This document shows positions 54,706 through 64,000 of a DNA stretch of 64,000 nt, one piece after another. The position numbers were made by a program, and so were the translations under genes. Numbering within the stretch: the first letter of the stretch is position 1; each line of letters opens with the position of its first letter. Location: the NCBI GenBank assembly GCA_964016885.1, contig OZ024742.1:238080001-238144000 (forward strand), read 5' to 3'. The notes under the pieces are model-generated. The model saw nothing but the letters and a program-made list of their open reading frames with translations. It did no database searches and was not told where the DNA came from. Origin of the DNA: Eledone cirrhosa. Its lineage: Eukaryota.

Positions 54706-55179
54706 TATCTTTAGCATCACCATCACCGTCTTCATTATTGGAAATGGTGTTATTGTTGTTGTTGTCGTGGTAGTTGTTGTTGTTGTTGTTGTCATGGTAG
54801 TTGTTGTTGGCGTTGACAATAAGAGCGGTGATACCGCCATCATCAAAGCAAGCAGCACATTCTTGGCTCTCCTGTCCTCTTCGCTAGATTTACTGGTGCC
54901 AGTGTTCGGCGGTATGAATACAAAGTGTTGCTCTGACTAACGGCAAAGTAGATATGATAGCGAGAACTACAGATTACGGATGAAATAATAGACCACAAGC
55001 TGAGATGTAACAGTAAATCTGTCAACAATTAAGTATAGGAACTTTACCAAGAACCTACAAACTCAACAAATGAGAAGGCTGATACATCTACTACTGGAAC
55101 TTAATAAGAAAAGAGTTTCATATGTCCGCTGGCATCACAGCAGGACAAATCCCGATGATTGCATAACTGACTATGATTA

Positions 55180-55230
55180 GCATCTGATGAAGTCATATAC
55201 ATAACCATGTAACAGAAATATGTATCATGC
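55180..55230 (+). ncRNA. Minimal type I hammerhead ribozyme (irregular stem II)
   Basis: gcat-CTGATGA-agtcata-tacat-aacc-atgta-aca-GAAA-tatgta-TC-atgc, followed immediately by AATAAA. Confidence 0.6.
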
Positions 55231-57083
55231 AATAAAGCAATTAGCAATTATGTTGAAATGACCCTGTCTTTACTACTGTCATTTGATAAATGGATACTCC
55301 GTCGCTCCTAATCACCAACTGTTAGCTGGGATAAACTACTGGAGCTCTTGGATCGCTCGGACCGGCTTATCCGCAAGTAGTTACAACGTAACGATCATCA
55401 CGTATAAGTAACTTATGTTCTACAATATATATATATATTTATTTATATATATACATAGGGAGTGTAACTTGGAGTTACTGTAAGTTCACCCAGGTGAGCA
55501 GTCGATGTTTAGATTCACTTCAGTGTCGAGGTGTAGAGCTAGACAGAGTGTATTATAGTGAAATAAGATAACAAGGACGATTGGTTACATCTTCATTACA
55601 GAGTCGGGTCAGATCGATACAGATCAAACCTTGAGCTGATCAGTGGCGAAACGCGCGTCACCAACCAACAAACGTAATGAAGGAGTAACCAATCGTCCTT
55701 GTTATCTTATTTCACTATATATATATATAGAGAGAGAGAGAGGGGTGGGGAATCGGAAAAGACAACAAACCCGAAACTTCTAAGTTTCACTTATTTCTTC
55801 GGGAAATAATAATTATAATCTCTTCTTATTTATCAAGTACTCATCTAGTTAATGGCTGATTCTTCTATGTACGTGCACATATATTACCTACATATTTGCA
55901 CATCGTTCGTTCTATTTACTAATTTCACTGTCCAAATATGGCTGCAATCATTAACTGCCAATCATTCATTTTAATGTACACATTCTAATGTACACAGTCG
56001 ACTTTAATTAATCTTACTTCCACTTTTTCAGCTTTATATCTATACTGGTCTGCAAATAAAAAATAACATCCAGACAACTTTGTATATACGTGGACCAACT
56101 TAGTTTATAAACCTTGCCTTTCTTGCATGCTTCTCATCACCTGAACACACCAAAGGGGAGTTTAGGTCTTAAAATTGCGAAGATAGTTTCAGTTTATTGA
56201 TGTATTTGTATGTATGAATATTATGCAGCGTGCACACATATTACTATGTGAAATATATTGAATATATTTGTTACATTAATTAAACGAATGCGCATAGTTT
56301 GGTGGTTAGGCTTACGATTGTCAGATATTGAATTCGATTCACGGCATTTGAACTAATGAGCTGTACACCCTAGCAACTAGGCCACTCGCCTTTACTATTT
56401 AATCAATACTTGCCACTCGAAATAAAATGTAGATATTTTACAGTAAGGGATTAATATATTATAATTTAGACTATCTACTTGCAATATTGATCGATTGGTA
56501 TACATTTTGATGTATTTTTAGTGATACGTGGTTTCACATAGATAGGGATCTACTTGCATCATATTTAGAGTGTCGTGGGTTAAGATGTGTCAAGTGTTGG
56601 GAAAATTCGTAGCTAAATGATAACTTGGACATGACGGAGAGGGATAGATTGGTTACTGAAAGAAATGTTGCTGCTAATGAGAGAGAGGAAAAAAGCGAGA
56701 TCAATGGACAGTTTTTTTATTTGAGTGGATACACAATTATTGGAGGCAATGGAATCATTTAGGTTACTCGCGGAGTGTCGCTGAGATTAATAGTCCAGCC
56801 AGTAGTGTTGATTTGGCCCCGTGAGAGCGAGTGTCGCTGCCTCTTCTCCGCAGCAATGTCTTCACCATTTTGTTCATGTGGCGCAACTTAGATGTACCAC
56901 CCGGCTCTATTTTTCCGCCTTTATTTATTTATTTATTCTTTTCTTCTTTTTCTTCTTTTCTTCTTTTTCCCTGATTGTAAATATATACAACTGGATATAA
57001 AACTTTAAATCAATAAAATAGAGCCACAGAAATCAGACATTTTCATCAATTATGGCGGCAAAATCCAAACTAATGTTCTGAAA

Positions 57084-57265
<182 letters not shown>

Positions 57266-57459
57266 CTATCTCTCTCTCTATCTTCTTGAACTTCCGTAGG
57301 TTTTGATGATGAACGTTCCAGTGGTTTGATCAACGGAACATCCAGCTAATGAAATGAATGTGTAAATGCTTGCACATTATACAAACACGTGTATCCTTCG
57401 CATAATTTTCAGTAAGAGTCCGATAAATTGGCTCTTTGAATTACAGGTACACTCTATAT

Positions 57460-57696
57460 CAGGCATATCAAACATACGACCCGCGGGCCGCATGCGGCCC
57501 TTTACAAGCACACCTGCGGCAGAGGTTTTTACCGCCCGCACAAAGGTTTTTACAGCCCGAGCATGTTTTATCTTAGTGATATAAAATAAATTTAAAAAAT
57601 AGTTGTAATGTGCGCAATTAGTTGTCGTGTGTGACCCTCAGACAACACATATGTGACCCATGTGGCCCTCGGGAGACCCTCAGTTTGACATGCCTG
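57460..57696. mobile_element. hAT (Charlie-like) MITE
   Basis: 14-bp TIRs CAGGCATATCAAAC / GTTTGACATGCCTG (13/14 match). Perfect 8-bp TSD CTCTATAT at 57452-57459 and 57697-57704. Subterminal gcggccc motifs. Confidence 0.92.
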
Positions 57697-57981
57697 CTCT
57701 ATATGACGAGATTCCAAACAGTTTCCCCTCTACTCGAATTCACTTACAAGATATGGGTCGAGGGTATGGTAAATGACATTTACCAACGTTCCCATGCAGT
57801 TGGGTTTACCCCGGAGCCTTATAATTGCAAAGCGATCCCCTTAATCATTCATATATGCTGCATTCAAAGTTCTGAAATACGTAACTGCAACAAGTTGTTC
57901 TACTTCCATTTACCAAACTTAATATGCAGTTCTTTTTTAAAAATCGCATTAGTAAACTTAAACGGAAAACCTTATTGTTTC

Positions 57982-58919
57982 ATAAAAACAAATAACGAAA
58001 CGAAATTAAATTTCGTTTCGCTTCTAACTCACTTTTGTATGACTGACGCTTAAACAATTAAGTTAAAGTGTACATCTACATATGTATACGGAAGTATTAG
58101 TATGCATATAAATACACACATGTATACATATGTACATGTACTCAGCTTTTCACTAGACACTTTACAGTGAGTGTCAGCTAGTCTGTATGTAACCACACAG
58201 GCGGACCGGGTTTTAGAGTCATACGAGTTTTCAAGGAAACACATTTCCTCTATTCTCCAGAGGGCCAGACAGGAATATTGGACTAGTTTCGATGTTATTA
58301 CATCTCATCAGCAATATTTACCCATCTTCCGGCTTCTCTGGAGAATTGTAAAAGCACATATCGTTATATGCTTTTTCTATGAAAATTAGTAGTGGGTAGA
58401 CTAATTTGCATAGAACGTGAGTCATTGTACGCACCGGTTCAGCGGAAACGATAAAAACAAATAACGAAACGAAATTAAATTTCGTTTCGCTTCTAACTCA
58501 CTTTTGTATGACTGACGCTTAAACAATTAAGTTAAAGTGTACATCTACATATGTATACGGAAGTATTAGTATGCATATAAATACACACATGTATACATAT
58601 GTACATGTACTCAGCTTTTCACTAGACACTTTACAGTGAGTGTCAGCTAGTCTGTATGTAACCACACAGGCGGACCGGGTTTTAGAGTCATACGAGTTTT
58701 CCTGTCTGGCCCTCTGGAGAATAGAGGAAATGTGTTTCCTTGAAAACTCGTATGACTCTAAAACCCGGTCCGCCTGTGTGGTTACATACAGACTAGCTGA
58801 CACTCACTGTAAAGTGTCTAGTGAAAAGCTGAGTACATGTACATATGTATACATGTGTGTATTTATATGCATACTAATACTTCCGTATACATATGTAGAT
58901 GTACACTTTAACTTAATTG
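57982..58919. repeat. Direct plus inverted local triplication
   Basis: 57982-58232 equals 58451-58701 (offset 469). 58699-58919 is the reverse complement of 58054-58274. Confidence 0.92.
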
Positions 58920-59135
58920 CTTATTGTTTCATATTTTCCTCAAAAACAAATGCTTCGCAGAAAGCCATTCATCAATGAACATCACTTCTATGAAAGTCCT
59001 AACAAATCGATTTCATGTAGCTTTCTTTCGGTGTACAAAATATTTAGCACTCCGAGTTATACTTTCGTCTTTAGTCTCTGATATTACGATACATTCTCAT
59101 GAGAATGTAATTTCAAAGTAGAAATATTAGATATA

Positions 59136-59232
<97 letters not shown>

Positions 59233-59470
59233 ATTCTACAGGACTAGAACTGTTTTATTCTTGAGAAATCAATCACATTATATATATATATATTATAGCC
59301 TAGGGTGAATAGTAGATGAAAAGGAAAGATCGATCGTCAGATAGGACTGAGGAAGCAATGTTTCCATTCATCCTTTCTTTCTAATACTATCTGTCGGTCT
59401 CAATTCCTGACAGAAAGAGGCCGGATTTAAATTCAGAATCCAAAGGACCGGATTAGATACCACAAATTAT

Positions 59471-59549
59471 CTTCTTCTTCTTCTTCTTCTTCTTCTTCTT
59501 CTTCTTCTTCTTCTTCTTCTTCTTCTTCTTCTTCTTCTTCTTCTTCTTC
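59471..59549. repeat. (CTT)n microsatellite
   Basis: Read directly. Confidence 0.97.
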
Positions 59550-60164
59550 ATTCTGGACTGGTATATAAAGATTGGTGTAGATCAATTATTAAAACGTGTT
59601 TGACGCAATTTGTTGGCGTTGTTCTTTAACCCTATGCCAACCCTGCTCACGCAGACCTAAGGGGTTATTTTATGTATTAGAAACTACACTATCCGATATG
59701 ACCTTTACTTTTTAAGATAGTAGTGTGTGACTTGAGGGAGAATTGGTTGCTATCTCTACCATCAGTAGCGACCCCCTTATGACTCTCTCATTGCCATATG
59801 TAAAATAGAAGTAGATAGAATTATTGCCAGGAGTCATCCAACCTTCCTTATATCAAATATTGTATATATCAGGAATGATATTATATGGCATATTCTTTTA
59901 ATGAAAATAGTGTATAGTTTGAGAGAAAATTAACTCCAGCTTCTAACAAGTGTATCGACCACACCGAGACACCTTCATTGCCATATGTGCAACAGAAGCA
60001 GATGTTATACGTGAACTAATAATTCACCATTCTAAATCTTTCAACGAACACTGCTTCCTCCGCAATACAAAGTATTTTTACAAAACTGAATGAAACTGTT
60101 GACGTCATACATTTTGATAGAATTTCCTCTAACTTTAAAACCACCTGAAACTACTTAATCAAAA

Positions 60165-60243
60165 GATAATGAAGTCGATGGTAATAATGATGATGATGAT
60201 GGCGGTGATAATGATGGCGATGTTGATGAGGATGATGAGGAGG

Positions 60244-60285
<42 letters not shown>

Positions 60286-60321
60286 GCGGTGATAATGATG
60301 GCGATGATGATGATGATGATG

Positions 60322-60361
<40 letters not shown>

Positions 60362-60468
60362 GGACGATGATGATGACGACGACGATGATGATGATGATGA
60401 TGATGATGATGAGGATGATGATGATGAGGATGATTGTGAAGGTGGCGCTGATGACAGTGATGATGATT
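60165..60468. repeat. Imperfect (GAT)n microsatellite
   Basis: Read directly. Source of the poly-M/S/I ORFs in the track. Confidence 0.96.
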
Positions 60469-60615
60469 TTTTCCAATACATGGTGTAACAGGTAAATTGG
60501 GATAAGTTTCAAATGTGTATTTTCTAATTGTGTAGAATTTGTTGGAGTCTAAATTTTAGATATTACCAGCTTAAATAATCACTTTTACTATTTTTTATTT
60601 TAAATTGATCAAATT

Positions 60616-61602
60616 ATGAATGTTAATAAATAATTAAACCGTAGAAGTGTAATTACCAAATTATTCCGCGCCGACAAATGTGCTGGGGAGATTGTTAGAG
60701 CCACAAAGTATGCCAAATCTATTGTTTTTAGAGTTGTAGCCAATTTGAAGTCAGGATGTTTAAAGAAAGCCTCACAGTCCTCGCAGTGACCGAAAACACA
60801 CACCTCGCTTCTTAGCAGGACTTAAAATATCGATTGAGTCGAACCCATCAAAATCGATGGCGAATTTGGCTCAAGATTGAGGAATCAGTAGAACGACCGT
60901 TTCTAGGTCTGTGAGACAAGATCTCCATATGAAATCATACGTGAGGAGACATCCTAACTACCCACTCCAAATCTATTCGACCTGAAAGAGATCCCAAACT
61001 TTTCAGTTATTTGAAAGTTCGTGACAGAGACGTCTGCATCTTCATGGATGAAAAGAAGTTCGTGGTAGACGAAATTGCAAACCGTCAAAACTCACGAGTG
61101 ATAGCGTACGACTCTTTTCAAGTTCCTTCAGCTATGTAAAGCAAGAATCCGGCTTCCATTATGATCTTTGGAGCTGTTGCAAGTGATTGGCAATTGATGT
61201 TTCCTTACTTTAAAGAAGCGAGTCTGACATAGCAGGGTGTCTCAAAATCTTAGAATTTGTGTTGCCTTGGATTAGGAAGCATTGTGATGCTAGTGGAGTC
61301 ATGTTTGTAAAGTACTTTGCGCCCCTTTTTCGAAAACAGTGAAAGAATATTTGAAGAAGGAATTGCCCATGTTGTCCCTAAAAATATATGGCCTTCTAAC
61401 TCACCAGAGTTGAATCCGTTTGATTTTGGTTATATGGCGCATTTGAAGCAATACTCAACGCAACTTCTCACAACTGTATGTCTTTATTGAAGGCTTCGAT
61501 CAAGCAAGCATTCGGCAAAATGAAAGAGGAAGTAATAGTTAAGTCATGCGAATCATTTCGTAAACGGATTGAACTGGTAAAGAAAGCAAAGAAGGGTTGC
61601 CA
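60616..61602 (+). pseudogene. Tc1/mariner-superfamily transposase remnant (DDD type, maT-like)
   Basis: HTH-like N-terminus, FMDEKKFVV..NRQNSR, SIMIFGAV, WPSNSPELNPFDF, SCESFRKRIELV..AK.G. Multiple stops and frameshifts. Confidence 0.85.
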
Positions 61603-62438
61603 CACAGTTTTTCTGTTAATCCAATTTAACTCACAAAGACTGATAAATCATGCTTGCCAAGATGCGATGCTACGCAGTGGGGTTGAACCTGGAATCTTAT
61701 GTTTCATGTGTAACCAAAATATAGCTGCGTCTTAATGCTATTTGTTTTCAACCCTTACAAAAAAACTTAACAATGTGGAGGTATTAAGTATAATAATGAA
61801 TTTCTTCATTATTAAACTGGAATTTGGACAATAACTTAATAAGGGGTTTTATATAATATATACAATGGAAGGTTTTGTTAAAAATAAAGATAAACAGCTT
61901 TGTACCATAGAGCCACGGGTGGTATCAGGCGGTTTGTACCAAAATGGTTAACATTTCAATATATGTTTAAAGAAGTAAACTAGTTTTCTATTAAAATCAA
62001 TTAACCATTTTGTATTTCTCGCCACTTCACTCACACACACTCACACCCCCTCTCTCTCTCTCTCTCACACACACAATCTCCCTTCTATCTCACATACACA
62101 CTCAACCACCCTCCCTCTCTCTCTCTCAGATAATCTCCAACAAATATGCTTAATCCATTTAATGCATGATATTTCAAATTTTAGAGCTTTCTGGCGATGC
62201 CGTTTTATAAAAGATTTCGAATAGGTCGATAATTATCAGTGAAGTTAATTCACAGAATATCGATCGCTTCCCGTCAATTCTAATGTCTCAAATTCGTCAC
62301 TACGTCGTCACTAAGCTGCCGTTGTTATGTGAAAGAAAATCGATAATATTTCTGAATTTTTATACTTTTATTTTTGTATGGGTATTATGTACCATTGTTC
62401 AGTGTCTATTGTGCCTCTATACCTTATATATATGTGCG

Positions 62439-62512
<74 letters not shown>

Positions 62513-62947
62513 TGTGTAATAGGTATGTAAGTGGCTATGTGTTCTGTACTATACCTGTAATTCATTGTATTCCTAGTTCTAAGCCAGATACACTAATGTA
62601 GGTAGAAATACTTAGTAGCAACATTTTGTTTTGTTGTTTTAAACATTTATTCACCTGGTGATTGATTGCCCATGTGTGTATATATATGTGTGTGTGTTTG
62701 TATATGACTATTAAATGTCATGTGGAAATGTATATGTGTGTGTGTATACATATGTGTGTATACATATGTGTGTATGTATATATATAAATACATGTATGTA
62801 TATATATGTATATTGTTGGTGTATATATTAAGAAAAAAAAGTTTCAAAAAATACAAGCATTATTTTTTTTTTTGGGGGGGGGCTTGTGCCTATATAAGAA
62901 ACCATTATTATTATTATTACTATTATTATTATTATTATTATTGTTAT

Positions 62948-63133
62948 GGTGGTGGATTGGCAGTATCGGTAGAGGGTAGGATGCCATGCTTTACAGCAAA
63001 GAGTTACGGCCCTTTATGACCTGAGTTCAAATCCCGCCGAGATTAATTTTGCCTTTCATCCTTACGAGGTCGATAAAATAAAGTACCAGTAATACACTGG
63101 GATAATTGCTGGCCTTGAATCTAAATCAGAAAG

Positions 63134-63167
<34 letters not shown>

Positions 63168-63223
63168 AAGTACCAGTAATGCACTGAGGTAATTGCTGGC
63201 TTTGTGCCAAAAATAGAAACAAT
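62948..63223 (+). mobile_element. SINE family A (full copy) plus an extra 3' fragment, in (ATT)n
   Basis: ggtggtggattggcagtatcgg...gagttcaaatcc...gcctttcatcc..., an (ATT)n tail, then a second tail at 63167-63223. Confidence 0.9.
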
Positions 63224-63261
63224 TATTATTATTATTATTAATAAAAATTATAATAAATCAG

Positions 63262-63530
63262 GTAGAGCCACTACTTCTCCAATTTGGGAGATCAGAACTC
63301 CGATATTATGGGCATGTGGTTAGAATGTCTCGGGCAAAACCAACCGGCAAGAGACCCAGAGGTAGACCCCGAGCAAGACCGTTGGGTAACATCCATTAGG
63401 TTGGCTGGTCACACTTGGGGTTCCAGCTGGATCAGTTGGAGACGGTTGCTTCTGACACGACCAGCTGTAGGGAATGTTTGAGTACTCTTCCCCCACCACC
63501 CTCTCGGGAATAGGTGGACGAAGAAGTTCT
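63262..63530 (+). mobile_element. RTE-clade LINE 3' fragment
   Basis: VEPLLL..GRSELRYYGHVVRM...GKRPRGRPRAR, typical of RTE C-termini. Confidence 0.8.
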
Positions 63531-63682
63531 ACAAACGTTATGAAGAGTGATGTAATACTCTCTCTCCCTCTCTATTTTTGGTTTTCTTTCTCACTTTTTA
63601 CTAAATTTGCAACTGTTAACATACAATATAGACATATATGTGTTTGCATATATGCATATATATATATATATGTTTATATAAA

Positions 63683-64000
63683 CACTTCCCCCATAGGTAA
63701 CAAATACCGCTCCATCTTTAACAGACACAGGGTGAAACTAGGATACTCCTGCGCTAAGAACATGAAGGCCCATATCACCAACAGCCCTAAGAGCAGCACG
63801 CCACTAGGATGCTCTTGCCGAAGGCCTAACGCCTGTCACTTCTAACCGACCAAGTCAACAACAAGAGGTTAAATCCTGTGAGGAGGGGGGGGGGTTAAGG
63901 AACGCTTTCTGAATCATCAATCGACTTTCATATACCCGGACAAACGATCATCCACGAAGATCGCGGGCCACGTATGGTCCCTCAAGGACACAGGCGTGGA
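63683..64000 (+). mobile_element. Penelope-like (Neptune-like) ORF fragment
   Basis: NKYRSIFNRHRVKLGYSCAKNMKAHI...CSCR...C, homologous to the 35.4 kb remnant. Starts next to (TA)n; probably runs to the window edge. Confidence 0.7.

Noticed and set aside
60478-60510. 5' TIR of the mariner-like element (ta-catggtgtaacagg)
   Set aside because: Plausible position, but no matching 3' TIR was found after 61602.

Overview
AT-rich, microsatellite-dense eukaryotic DNA, almost entirely repeats. The SINE families and (TA)n/(CA)n density suggest a cephalopod such as Octopus (inference from pattern recall, not a search). No intact host protein-coding gene is supportable. Main contents: (1) a ~10 kb, 51-bp tandem array that reads as a Thr-rich mucin-like repeat, broken by two compensating 1-bp indels and one nonsense codon; (2) decayed non-LTR retrotransposons (Tx1-like, CR1-group, R4/Dong-like RLE, RTE-like); (3) many Penelope-like elements (PLEs) with GIY-YIG remnants and inverted or palindromic pseudo-LTRs, plus eight minimal hammerhead ribozymes with intact CUGANGA/GAAA cores and several decayed ones; (4) Helitron remnants with PIF1-helicase fragments and hairpin-CTAG ends; (5) a Tc1/mariner-superfamily transposase remnant, a hAT MITE with a perfect 8-bp TSD, and two tRNA-derived SINE families; (6) a candidate recursive splice site with a 46-nt RS-exon at 42.4 kb, hinting that part of the window lies in a long + strand intron. 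Most ORFs in the supplied track are microsatellite translations. Coordinates were read by eye; boundaries of decayed elements are approximate.
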